This document shows positions 50,822 through 60,118 of a DNA stretch of 64,000 nt, one piece after another. The first letter of the stretch is position 1. The number at the start of each line of letters is the position of its first letter. The position numbers and the translations under genes were made by a program. The notes beneath the pieces are model-generated. The model was not told the DNA's origin and made no database searches. It was given only the letters and a program-made list of their open reading frames with translations. Source of the stretch: Bacteroidota bacterium (GTDB lineage: Bacteria; Bacteroidota; Bacteroidia; Chitinophagales; JADIYW01); contig JADIYW010000036.1 in assembly GCA_016705125.1 (NCBI GenBank), positions 147,195 to 211,194 of the forward strand. Reading direction: 5' to 3'.

Positions 50822-51955
50822 ATGATAAAGCCAAACATTTATATGGACAATAACTCAACTACAAAAGTTGATGACTTAGTTCTTGAAGCAATGTTGCCCT
50901 ATTTTACAGAAAAGTATGGAAATAGTTCGAGTAAGCAACATAGCTTTGGTTGGATAGCTGAAGAAGCTGTAAATAAATCTAGAAATCAGGTAGCAGCGCT
51001 TTTAAATTGCGAAGCTGAAGAAATTATTTTTACATCTGGGGCCACAGAATCGATAAACATGGCTTTAATAGGTATTTTTAATGCATACAAAACAAAAGGC
51101 AATGAGATAATTACAACAACAACAGAACATCCTGCGGTATTGGCAACATGCAAGCATCTTGAAAATGAAGGCGCAATAGTCCATTATTTAAATCCTGATA
51201 AAAATGGAATAATTAATCCAGAATTAATTAAATCGGTCATTAGCGATAAAACCATATTAGTTTGTATAATTTTAGCCAATAATGAGACTGGTGTAATACA
51301 ACCCATTTATGAAATAAGCAAAATTGTACATTCTTTAAATAGTATTTTATTTAGTGATGCCACACAGGCTATTGGTAAAATCCCTATAGATGTTAAAGCA
51401 CTTGGAATAGATGTTTTATGTCTTTCGGCACATAAATTTTATGGTCCTAAAGGAATAGGCGCAATATATAAACGACGAAAAAACCCAAGAGTAGCTATAA
51501 AACCAATTATGTTCGGTGGTGGTCAGGAAAACGATTTAAGGTCGGGAACCCTTAATATTCCTGGTATAGTTGGATTAGGCCAAGCTGCTGAGATTGTTAA
51601 AAATGAAATGTCGTTAAATTACGATAAAACAAATTATTTAAGGGAAAATCTCGAAAAAGAACTATTGATTTTAGGTGGAAAAATAAATGGAAAATCAAGT
51701 CAAAGGCTTCCAAATACGATTAGTTTTACTTTCAACAATTTTACAGCTGAAAAATTTATAAAAAAAACCAAGTCCTTTTTAGCTGTTTCAACTGGATCTG
51801 CTTGCGCCTCTACAAAGCAAGGCATAAGTCATGTATTGAAAGCAATGGGTGTATCGGAAGAGGAGGCAAAGTCAACCATTCGATTTAGTTTAGGAAAAAA
51901 CAATACCATTGAAGAAATAAATTACCTTATTGAGCAACTTAATGCTGAAAACTAA
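50822..51955 (+). CDS. Cysteine desulfurase (IscS/NifS class)
   Basis: 377-aa ORF with YMDNNSTT, the PLP-lysine motif SAHKFYGPKG and the catalytic STGSACAS loop. Confidence 0.88.
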   Translation: MIKPNIYMDNNSTTKVDDLVLEAMLPYFTEKYGNSSSKQHSFGWIAEEAVNKSRNQVAALLNCEAEEIIFTSGATESINMALIGIFNAYKTKGNEIITTTTEHPAVLATCKHLENEGAIVHYLNPDKNGIINPELIKSVISDKTILVCIILANNETGVIQPIYEISKIVHSLNSILFSDATQAIGKIPIDVKALGIDVLCLSAHKFYGPKGIGAIYKRRKNPRVAIKPIMFGGGQENDLRSGTLNIPGIVGLGQAAEIVKNEMSLNYDKTNYLRENLEKELLILGGKINGKSSQRLPNTISFTFNNFTAEKFIKKTKSFLAVSTGSACASTKQGISHVLKAMGVSEEEAKSTIRFSLGKNNTIEEINYLIEQLNAEN

Positions 51956-52105
51956 TAAATTTAATTTTTTAGTCCTTTTTAAGGAAATTTTTGTAACAAA
52001 ATTGGCCCGAAAAATGTTATTAAAAAAAAGATAAACAATCAATTCAAATTAAATTGACAGATTTTTATTAAATTTGAAAGAGAAATTAAAAGAAAAGATA
52101 GAAAT

Positions 52106-52432
52106 ATGATTTACATTTCTGAAAATGCAAAAATAAGAGTAGAAAAGTTAATAGTCCAAGAAAATTATAATTCAGATTATTTTATACGAGTTTCCGTAAC
52201 AAGTGGCGGTTGTTCGGGCTTATCTTACAAGATGGATTTTGACAATAAACCCGCTACGAATGATGAAGTATTTATAGACAAAGGAATCAAAATTGTTGTA
52301 GACCCTAAAAGTATTTTATATTTATTTGGAACGACTTTGGATTTTTCTGAGGGCCTTTCAGGAAAAGGATTTTATTTTGACAATCCGAATGCAAGCCGTA
52401 CGTGCAGTTGTGGCGAAAGTTTTTCACTTTAA
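52106..52432 (+). CDS. Iron-sulfur cluster insertion/assembly protein (IscA/ErpA/HesB family)
   Basis: 108 aa with GGCSG and the C-terminal CSCGESF cysteine triad. Confidence 0.85.
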   Translation: MIYISENAKIRVEKLIVQENYNSDYFIRVSVTSGGCSGLSYKMDFDNKPATNDEVFIDKGIKIVVDPKSILYLFGTTLDFSEGLSGKGFYFDNPNASRTCSCGESFSL

Positions 52433-52441
52433 ATTTTCAAT

Positions 52442-53164
52442 ATGTCAGAATTAAGTTGGTTATCAAGGACAACATTATTGATAGGTGATGAAAAATTAAA
52501 TCAACTACAAAAATCACATGTATTAGTAGTAGGGTTAGGAGGTGTTGGTTCTTTTGCAGCAGAATTTTTAGCCAGAGCTGGTGTTGGTACTTTAACAATA
52601 GTAGATGGTGATGTTGTGGATCCAACAAATAGAAACAGACAATTACCAGCATTATCAACGACTCACGGTCAATACAAAGTTGATTTAATGGAAAAGAGGT
52701 TATTGGAAATTAATCCTGCTATTAAATTATTTCCAATTAAAGCCTTTTTATCTCCAGAAATGGCGAGTGCTTTGGTTGAACAAAATTTTGACTATATAAT
52801 AGATGCTATTGATAGCATCACACCAAAATTGAATTTGCTAATTGCTGCATATAGAAAAAAAACGCGCCTGATTAGTTCGGGTGGAGCTGGAGGAAAAATG
52901 GATCCAACTCAAATTATTATAACAGATATTAGCAAAACCTATTTATGTCCATTTTCACGAGTAGTGAGAAAAAGACTAAAACGACATAAGATTTATTCAG
53001 GTATAAAGACTGTTTTCAGTCCTGAATTGCCCCCAAAATCTTCCCTAATAATGACAGATGGAACAAATTATAAACGTTCAGCTTATGGCACCATTTCTTA
53101 TATGCCTGCAGCATTTGGTGGCGCCTGTGCAAGTGCTGTAATTAATGGCTTAATCGGTAAATGA
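52442..53164 (+). CDS. tcdA: tRNA threonylcarbamoyladenosine dehydratase (ThiF/E1-like)
   Basis: 240 aa with VVGLGGVGSFAAEFLARAGVG...DGDVVDPTNRNRQ. Confidence 0.8.
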   Translation: MSELSWLSRTTLLIGDEKLNQLQKSHVLVVGLGGVGSFAAEFLARAGVGTLTIVDGDVVDPTNRNRQLPALSTTHGQYKVDLMEKRLLEINPAIKLFPIKAFLSPEMASALVEQNFDYIIDAIDSITPKLNLLIAAYRKKTRLISSGGAGGKMDPTQIIITDISKTYLCPFSRVVRKRLKRHKIYSGIKTVFSPELPPKSSLIMTDGTNYKRSAYGTISYMPAAFGGACASAVINGLIGK

Positions 53165-53172
53165 CAATAATT

Positions 53173-53292
53173 AGTATTGAGTAACTAGTAATAAGTATAA
53201 AGTAAAGAGATGAGTTATTGGTTATAGGGTTAATGAGTTAGTTTCAAACAAATTACCAATTACTAATTACCATATACTAAATACCCAATACT
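53173..53292. repeat. 120-nt imperfect inverted repeat built from phased heptamers (AGTAnnn x5 ... nnAnTAC x6)
   Basis: Read directly: AGTATTG AGTAACT AGTAATA AGTATAA AGTAAAG ... AAATTAC CAATTAC TAATTAC CATATAC TAAATAC CCAATAC. The outer 7 nt are perfectly complementary. It lies between the convergent genes tcdA and glyA and is followed by an A9 run (53296..53304). Confidence 0.7.
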
Positions 53293-53304
53293 GGTAAAAA
53301 AAAA

Positions 53305-54576
53305 TTAATGCGACAATGGAAAAGAAGACATGTACTCATTTACTTGTTTTTTAATTTCCTCTTGAAGGAAACTATCTTCAGGATTTAGTATCAATTCATC
53401 CATCCAATTTACAATTTTAAGCATATCGTCTTCAATAAGACCTCTTGTTGAAATGGCTGCGGTACCTATCCTTATTCCTGAGGTAACAAATGGAGATTTG
53501 TCATCAAAAGGAACCATGTTTTTATTGATTGTAATATCAGCTTTACCAAGTATTTCTTCTACTTTTTTTCCACTAATATTCTTATTTCTTAGGTCGATAA
53601 GCATTAAATGATTGTCTGTGCCGCCTGAAATAATATCATATCCCCTTTTGGTAAATTCATTGGCCATTACCCTTGCATTTAGCATTACTTGGTCGGTATA
53701 AGTTCCAAATTGAGGAGTTAAAGCTTCACCAAAAGCAACGGCTTTCGCTGCTATAACATGTTCTAATGGTCCACCTTGCATTCCAGGAAAAACACCACCA
53801 TTTAAAACCTGAGACATGAGCTTTACAGTTCCATTTTGCATTGTTTCTCCCCAAGGATTTTCAAAATCCTTGCCCATCATAATAATCCCACCTCTTGGCC
53901 CTCTCAAGGTTTTATGAGTAGTAGAAGTTACTATATGACAATGTGTTATTGGATCATTCAATTTTCCTTTAGCGATTAAACCTGCAGGGTGTGCTATATC
54001 AGCTACTAAAAGTGCGCCTACGCTATCTGCAATTTCTCTAAATCGTTTATAATCCCAATCCCTAGAATAGGCAGATGCTCCACAAATAATCAATTTAGGT
54101 TTGGATTGAAATGCCTTTTCTGCCACCTTATCCATATCAATTAAACCTGTTTCGCGCTCCACGCCATAAAAAACTGGATTATATACTTTACCCGAAAAAT
54201 TAACCAAAGACCCATGAGATAAGTGCCCTCCATGAGATAAGTCGAAACCTAAGGTTGTATCGCCAGGTTTCAAGCAAGCCAAAAATACGGCTGCATTTGC
54301 CTGAGCACCTGAATGCGGTTGAACATTAGCATATTCAGCACCAAATAATTCTTTTAGCCTATCAATAGCCAATTGCTCTATTTGATCTACAATTTCACAA
54401 CCACCATAATACCTTTTACCAGGATAACCTTCGGCATATTTATTAGTCAAACAAGTTCCCATGGCTTCCATTACTTGTTTGGAAGTAAAATTTTCAGATG
54501 CAATTAGTTCAATTCCAACAGTTTGTCTATTTAATTCATCATTAATTAGTGCAAATATTTGCTTATCTCTTTCCAT
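53305..54576 (-). CDS. glyA: Serine hydroxymethyltransferase
   Basis: 423-aa ORF with [19 protein letters not shown] and [13 protein letters not shown]. Confidence 0.95.
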   Translation of the reverse strand: MERDKQIFALINDELNRQTVGIELIASENFTSKQVMEAMGTCLTNKYAEGYPGKRYYGGCEIVDQIEQLAIDRLKELFGAEYANVQPHSGAQANAAVFLACLKPGDTTLGFDLSHGGHLSHGSLVNFSGKVYNPVFYGVERETGLIDMDKVAEKAFQSKPKLIICGASAYSRDWDYKRFREIADSVGALLVADIAHPAGLIAKGKLNDPITHCHIVTSTTHKTLRGPRGGIIMMGKDFENPWGETMQNGTVKLMSQVLNGGVFPGMQGGPLEHVIAAKAVAFGEALTPQFGTYTDQVMLNARVMANEFTKRGYDIISGGTDNHLMLIDLRNKNISGKKVEEILGKADITINKNMVPFDDKSPFVTSGIRIGTAAISTRGLIEDDMLKIVNWMDELILNPEDSFLQEEIKKQVNEYMSSFPLSH

Positions 54577-54595
54577 TTTATTCTAAATTTTCGTT

Positions 54596-54603
54596 CAAAT
54601 ATA
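54596..54603 (-). promoter_or_regulatory. -7 promoter box TATATTTG for glyA
   Basis: Exact TAnnTTTG on the minus strand, about 20 nt upstream of the glyA ATG. Confidence 0.4.
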
Positions 54604-54680
54604 CAATTTTAAAGAAAGTTATGAATTCATTGTTTATTACTTAAAAGATAATTGTTTAATTTCGAAGAATAATTCTATAA

Positions 54681-55679
54681 ATGAGAGCAATAATTCCTGT
54701 AGCTGGGGCTGGCAAAAATTTACGGCCACATACTTATACCCAACCAAAATCCTTAATTCCGGTAGCGGGAAAGCCAATTTTAGGATTTATTATCGATCAA
54801 TTACTGGAAGTTGGCATAGATGATTTTACTTTTATTATTGGTTATTTAGGTGACAAAATAAAAGAATATGTAGAAAAAGAATACCCTAAAATAAAGAGTA
54901 CATATGTCGTTCAAAACTCAAGAGAAGGACTAGGACATGCCATTTCATTAACAAAAAAGTCCATTCCAGTGGATTCGGAAGTTTTAATTATTTTAGGAGA
55001 CACCATTATAGACACAGATATTAAAAAATTTGTTGATGCTCCGACATCAGTAATTGGGGTAAAACGAGCTACAGACCCTAGAATGTTTGGTGTGGCTGAA
55101 ATGGATGAAAAAGATAATATCCTTAAAGTAGTAGAAAAACCAACAATTCCTAAGTCAAATATGGCTATAGTAGGCATTTATAAAATTAAAGAATTTGGAG
55201 AATTATTGGCTGTTTTAGAAAAAAACGTAAAAACAGGTTATAAGACTACCCAAGAATACACGCTTACCGATGGCCTTCAGGGATTAATAGAAAAGGGCAT
55301 ACACGTTAAAGGATTAAAAGTAGAAAATTGGTATGATTGCGGTCAGAAAGATGTATTGATGCAAATAAATGCATTATTATTAAAACGAAATAGACCAAAA
55401 TTGCCTGAAAATCTTCCCCATTTTGAAAACACCATAATTGTGGAACCAGTATATATCGGTAAAAACACAGTAATTAAAAATTCCATAATTGGTCCGAATG
55501 TTTCCATTGGTGAAAACACACAAATTTCTAATTCAATTGTTCATGACAGCATAATTGGATCTTTCTCTAAAATCAGAGAAATAGTAATGTATAACTCAAT
55601 TATCGGAAGCGATAGCGCTTTAAAAGGATCAGAACAAAAGCTAAACTTAGGAGACAATACAGAATTGGATTTAAGTTAA
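54681..55679 (+). CDS. Sugar-phosphate nucleotidyltransferase with C-terminal left-handed beta-helix domain
   Basis: 332 aa with an N-terminal IPVAGAGKNLRP (G-x-G-T/K-R-L type) motif and a C-terminal run of hexapeptide-like repeats (IGPNVSIGENTQISNSIV...). Confidence 0.75.
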   Translation: MRAIIPVAGAGKNLRPHTYTQPKSLIPVAGKPILGFIIDQLLEVGIDDFTFIIGYLGDKIKEYVEKEYPKIKSTYVVQNSREGLGHAISLTKKSIPVDSEVLIILGDTIIDTDIKKFVDAPTSVIGVKRATDPRMFGVAEMDEKDNILKVVEKPTIPKSNMAIVGIYKIKEFGELLAVLEKNVKTGYKTTQEYTLTDGLQGLIEKGIHVKGLKVENWYDCGQKDVLMQINALLLKRNRPKLPENLPHFENTIIVEPVYIGKNTVIKNSIIGPNVSIGENTQISNSIVHDSIIGSFSKIREIVMYNSIIGSDSALKGSEQKLNLGDNTELDLS

Positions 55680-55705
55680 AATTTGACAATCAACCAAATA
55701 AAAAA

Positions 55706-55735
55706 ATGCTGCCTCAAATTATAGAGACAGCATTC
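55706..55735. terminator. Hairpin terminator between convergent genes (AATGCTGcCTC-N8-GAGaCAGCATT)
   Basis: A 10-bp interrupted stem, preceded by an A7 run and followed by an A/T-rich tract. Confidence 0.45.
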
Positions 55736-55769
55736 GTAAAAATTTTATATTGTTTTTTAAAGAGGAATA

Positions 55770-57131
55770 TTATCTAGCATATGATTCTCCATGTTGACTT
55801 AAGTCTAAGCCTTCTAATTCTTCTTGCTCCGAAACCCTTAGTGGAGAGATAATATCGGTTAATTTTAAAAGCAATAAAGACCCAAAGAATGCAAAAGCAG
55901 AAACACCAATCATTGCTACTAAATGTGTAAAAAACAATTTTGTTTCACCAAAAAACAACCCTTGATCAGCTACTGCACCATTTATTGAAGTTGTTGCAAA
56001 AATACCAGTTAGAATCATTCCACTCATACCACCAACACCATGGCAAGGAAATACATCCAAAGTATCATCTAAGCTTGATTTAGATCTCCATTCTACCAAA
56101 ACATTTGAAATTAAACTAGCAATAAAACCAATAAAAATAGAATGCGGAACCGTTACAAATCCTGCACCCGGAGTAATTGCAACCAATCCTACTACTGCGC
56201 CAATACAAGCACCTAGAGCGGATGGTTTTTTACCTCTTGCTGCATCAAAGAAAATCCAAGCTAAAGCTGCAGTAGCTGATGCAGTATTTGTTGTTGCAAA
56301 AGCTGTAGCTGCTAGGTTACCTGCCCCAACCGCTGAACCAGCATTAAATCCGAACCAACCAAACCATAATAATCCAGTACCTAATACTACATATGGAATA
56401 TTTGCTGGGCTATGACCATTTGATTTTCGACTTTTAAGATAAAGAACAGAAGCTAAAGCAGCCCAACCTGCGCTCATGTGTACAACTGTACCACCTGCAA
56501 AATCCAAAACGCCCAATTTGAATAAAAATCCATCTGGATGCCAAGCCCAATGAGCTAAAGGAGAATAGATTAGCATTGAAAACAAACAGATAAAAAGAAG
56601 ATAAGATGTGAACCTAATTCTCTCAGCAAAAGCACCTGTAATAAGCGCCGGAGTAATGATTGCAAATTTTAATTGAAAAAAAGCAAAAACTGCAAATGGA
56701 ATAGTAGGCGCTAATGACCATGGTGCTCCATCTAATACGCCTTTAAACATAAAAAATGTTGATGGATTTCCAATAAAACCGCCCATGGAATCTCCAAAAG
56801 CTAAGCTAAAACCTACAACCACCCAAAGAACAGAAATTACTGCCATGGCTGCAACACTCTGTAACATTGTCGAAATAATATTTTTGGAAGAAACCATACC
56901 ACCATAGAAAAATGCCAAACCTGGCGTCATCAATAAAACGAAAGCGGCAGCTGTAAGCATCCAAGCGGTATCACCTGTATTAATCGCACCAATTTTGATT
57001 AAATCTTCTGGTGATGGCGTTTTTGGAATACTTGAAAAGAAAAGACTGAATATAGCTAGAGCAGTCAGAACAATAAATGGTGCATAACTTTTAAATTTCA
57101 TGTTATAGTTTTTTAAATGTGAAAAATCCAA
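55770..57131 (-). CDS. amt: Ammonium transporter (Amt family), paralog 2
   Basis: 453-aa ORF with MTPGLAFFYGGM, DFAGGTVVHMSAG, WFGWFGFNAGS and FPCHGVGG. The true start may be the second ATG (MKFKSYAPF...). Confidence 0.9.
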   Translation of the reverse strand: MDFSHLKNYNMKFKSYAPFIVLTALAIFSLFFSSIPKTPSPEDLIKIGAINTGDTAWMLTAAAFVLLMTPGLAFFYGGMVSSKNIISTMLQSVAAMAVISVLWVVVGFSLAFGDSMGGFIGNPSTFFMFKGVLDGAPWSLAPTIPFAVFAFFQLKFAIITPALITGAFAERIRFTSYLLFICLFSMLIYSPLAHWAWHPDGFLFKLGVLDFAGGTVVHMSAGWAALASVLYLKSRKSNGHSPANIPYVVLGTGLLWFGWFGFNAGSAVGAGNLAATAFATTNTASATAALAWIFFDAARGKKPSALGACIGAVVGLVAITPGAGFVTVPHSIFIGFIASLISNVLVEWRSKSSLDDTLDVFPCHGVGGMSGMILTGIFATTSINGAVADQGLFFGETKLFFTHLVAMIGVSAFAFFGSLLLLKLTDIISPLRVSEQEELEGLDLSQHGESYAR

Positions 57132-57154
57132 TCATATTTAAATGATTACAAAGG

Positions 57155-57162
57155 CAAACATA
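57155..57162 (-). promoter_or_regulatory. -7 promoter box TATGTTTG for amt paralog 2
   Basis: Exact TAnnTTTG on the minus strand, about 24 nt upstream of ATG 57131. Confidence 0.35.
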
Positions 57163-57311
57163 AAATATTTATCTCTTATTTTTCATGTTTTTTTGTTCAA
57201 TTAATGTTTTTTTAATAAATTAAACAATAAAATTCGAATGAAATTTCATTTTTCAATGTTTTGGTTACAAAAAAGACACATACAAAAAAATATAATTTAT
57301 TTTTTATGTGC

Positions 57312-57337
57312 AAAAAAAATAGCGACCAATGGTCGCT
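57312..57337 (-). terminator. Rho-independent terminator after amt paralog 1 (AGCGACC-AAT-GGTCGCT followed by T8 on the minus strand)
   Basis: A 7-bp GC-rich stem. The A8 run on the plus strand (57312..57319) becomes the T-tract of the minus-strand transcript. Confidence 0.65.
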
Positions 57338-57363
57338 ATTTAAAATATAATTGATTAACTCAA

Positions 57364-58674
57364 TTATTGTCCAACCCACTCGCCATGTTGACTTTTGTCT
57401 AGTCCAATTAATTCCTCTTCAGGCGAAACCCTCATTGGCACAATTAAATCTGTTATTTTATATAATACCATAGATCCAAAAAAAGCAAAAGAGCCAACAA
57501 TAACAACAACAATTAAGTGTCTGTAAAAAGTAGGATTTGAAGGGTCGTAAATTAATCCTACATCTTTGGCGAAAACACCAGTAAGAATAGTACCAACAAC
57601 ACCTCCCATTCCATGGCAAGGAAATACATCTAAAGTATCATCTAATTTTGATTTGTTTTTAAGGTTAACGGCAAAGTATGAAACAATAGATGCAACAAAC
57701 CCTATAAAAAGTGCTTGGCCCACGTTTACAAAACCACAAGCAGGGGTAATGGCCACTAATCCAACAACAGCACCAATACAACCACCCATAGCAGATGCTT
57801 TATTGCCTCTTAAATTGTCCAAAAACAACCAGGTAAGCATTGCTGAAGCTGCAGCAGTATTGGTCGTCGCAAGTGCCATTGCTGCAGTTCCATTCGCTGC
57901 GAGTGCAGAACCTGCGTTAAATCCATACCAACCAAACCACAATAAGCCAGTTCCAATAATTACTCGTGGTATATTTGATGGCTCATGCGAATGGTTATGA
58001 TCAGACAAAATACTTCTACGACCTAAAAACATTGCACCTGCCAAAGCTGCAAAACCTGCAGACATATGCACTACAGTGCCACCAGCAAAATCAAGAATAC
58101 CCCAATTGCGAAGCAAACCTTGAGGATGCCATGTCATATGAGCCAATGGAGCATAAATAAAAACAATAAACAAACAAATAAACAAAAGGTAAGAGGAAAA
58201 CTTAACCCTTTCTGCAAAGCTTCCCGTAATTAAAGCTGGTGTAATAATTGCAAATTTGAGTTGAAACATTGCATACAAAACCAATGGAATGGTTGGAGAA
58301 AGATTGGTATCTGTGTCATAACCAACATGGTTAAACATAAAAAAAGTACGTGGATCGCCTATAATGCCTCCAATGCTATCGCCAAAACAAAGGCTAAAAC
58401 CCACAAAAACCCAAAGTAAGCTTATAACGCCTAAGCAAACTACACTTTGAAAAACAGTAGAGATAATATTTTTTCTGCTGGCCATTCCACCATAAAAAAA
58501 ACCTAATCCTGGTGTCATAATTAAAACTAATGCTGCAGCCACCATAACCCAGGCAGTATCAGCACCATTTATTGGATCACCTGAATGCAATCCAACGGTG
58601 CTTTGTGGCATAAACAATCCTAAAATACATACGCATGCTACAAGCACAAACGAAACTATAGCTCTTCCTTTCAT
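57364..58674 (-). CDS. amt: Ammonium transporter (Amt family), paralog 1
   Basis: 436-aa ORF with the same signature motifs as paralog 2. By eye the two share roughly 60-65 percent identity. Confidence 0.9.
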   Translation of the reverse strand: MKGRAIVSFVLVACVCILGLFMPQSTVGLHSGDPINGADTAWVMVAAALVLIMTPGLGFFYGGMASRKNIISTVFQSVVCLGVISLLWVFVGFSLCFGDSIGGIIGDPRTFFMFNHVGYDTDTNLSPTIPLVLYAMFQLKFAIITPALITGSFAERVKFSSYLLFICLFIVFIYAPLAHMTWHPQGLLRNWGILDFAGGTVVHMSAGFAALAGAMFLGRRSILSDHNHSHEPSNIPRVIIGTGLLWFGWYGFNAGSALAANGTAAMALATTNTAAASAMLTWLFLDNLRGNKASAMGGCIGAVVGLVAITPACGFVNVGQALFIGFVASIVSYFAVNLKNKSKLDDTLDVFPCHGMGGVVGTILTGVFAKDVGLIYDPSNPTFYRHLIVVVIVGSFAFFGSMVLYKITDLIVPMRVSPEEELIGLDKSQHGEWVGQ

Positions 58675-58938
58675 TTTATAAATAATTAAATATGTTGTTT
58701 GGTTTACAATATTCGATTAAAAGATAAATTTATGAAAAAAAACTCATAGTATTTTTTAATTTGGGGTCATAATAATGTAAAATTAAAACAAAACTGCATA
58801 ACATTACATTGAATTAACATAATAAGGTACAATGAATTATAAACCAAGAAAAGCAATTCTAAATTTAAAAGAAATTGGCATGCTTGTTGGATAATACAGA
58901 ATAGAAAAATTTAATTGCTTTTCATTTAGTTGGTTTGG

Positions 58939-58965
58939 ACCTCGCTCACAAGGCGAGGTTTTTTT
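58939..58965 (+). terminator. Strong rho-independent terminator oriented on the plus strand (ACCTCGC-N7-GCGAGGT followed by T-tract)
   Basis: A 7-bp GC-rich stem followed by a T7 run that overlaps the stop codon of the minus-strand gene 58964..60073. Read on the minus strand, no U-tract follows the hairpin. Confidence 0.6.
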
Positions 58966-60073
58966 ATTTAACATTTCTTGCAGCATCCATAAATGCCTGA
59001 AGACTTAAATCATTGACTTTAGATTCATTTTGATGTGCTATTTGCCATTGTTTAATTTTAACTTGTGTTTTAATTGACTCAATTACTTCACTAATCACTC
59101 CAGTAAAAAGAGACACTTTTAGTCCGTCTTCCTTTTCTTGTGTTAAAAATTGACTGATAATAGCACTTGTAACTTCATCTATACCTCTTTTATTTTTAGC
59201 ATTTTCCAAATCATCCATTATTTGATCAACAATATTAAATGTAATATCGCTAATGGCACTATCCAACATATTAGAAACTAATTTTCCAATACCAGGAACC
59301 AATCTAATATTATCAATTTCTTTATTACTTTTAACTGCATTAGCAACCAAACCTTGTACATATTCTCGTAGTTCATTTTGATGATTAGAATAAGAAATTG
59401 TAATTGCATCACTTACTCTTTCAGATATCCAAGCAGAAATAATTTCACTTTTGGGCAATAGAACTTCTCGTGCAACCTTCTCAACCATAGGTGAGCCTGT
59501 TTGAATTTCGTCTTGTACGCCATCCAATACTTTTACTACCACTCTGTCTGAGACTTCCTCAACAATAATATCCAAATATTTTGCTCCCTTTTTGAATAAA
59601 TAAGTTGTAGTTACATCAATTACCCCTAATCTTTGTAGCCTATAAAACAATGAAAAAATTCGCAACAAACGCAATAAACGAAAGCCGCCACTTAGTGGAA
59701 TACAACCCAAAACATCATACCAATGAATGAAAGGATAAAAAAACCATTTTTCGTAAGTTTTTTTATAAATTGCAATAAACCACCTCAGCAATAACTCAAC
59801 GACAAAAATCGCAACAAATATTAAATCAAATTGATTGGCGTAAGGGTGAATAAAGGCACTATACCATTGTTCAAACCTTGGAAAAATAGATTTCCAAATA
59901 CCTTGAACCCAGTCAAAACTAAACGTCCAATCGAACAAAATGGCAGATAAATTAAATACAACCAAGAACAACATAATAATATCGACAATGATAATACCAT
60001 CGCGCCTGCTATTCTTAAATTTTTCAGCATCGATTTTAAAAAACCTAGCCAGCTTTTTATTAGATGATGCCAT
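58964..60073 (-). CDS. Voltage-sensor-domain (S1-S4) membrane protein without a pore domain, with a ~215-aa soluble C-terminal domain
   Basis: 369-aa ORF with four hydrophobic segments. S2 carries an acidic residue (VVELLLRW), S3 carries D (HWYDVLGCIP), and S4 carries R at every third position (FRLLRLLRIFSLFYR). No further TM segment and no TVGYG-type filter follow. Confidence 0.7.
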   Translation of the reverse strand: MASSNKKLARFFKIDAEKFKNSRRDGIIIVDIIMLFLVVFNLSAILFDWTFSFDWVQGIWKSIFPRFEQWYSAFIHPYANQFDLIFVAIFVVELLLRWFIAIYKKTYEKWFFYPFIHWYDVLGCIPLSGGFRLLRLLRIFSLFYRLQRLGVIDVTTTYLFKKGAKYLDIIVEEVSDRVVVKVLDGVQDEIQTGSPMVEKVAREVLLPKSEIISAWISERVSDAITISYSNHQNELREYVQGLVANAVKSNKEIDNIRLVPGIGKLVSNMLDSAISDITFNIVDQIMDDLENAKNKRGIDEVTSAIISQFLTQEKEDGLKVSLFTGVISEVIESIKTQVKIKQWQIAHQNESKVNDLSLQAFMDAARNVK

Positions 60074-60118
60074 AACTATTTTTTTCTTGGTTAAAAATAA
60101 AACAAAATTACAATTTTC

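Noticed and set aside
57566-58160. Plus-strand ORFs of 144 aa and 64 aa inside amt paralog 1
   Set aside because: They are antisense to a strongly supported transporter gene. Their A/P/T-rich translation is the usual shadow of a G/A-rich membrane-protein frame. The same applies to other antisense ORFs in the track, including 17709-18251, 30343-30759, 30371-30706, 46831-47139, 52437-52658, 59940-60143 and 60618-60863.
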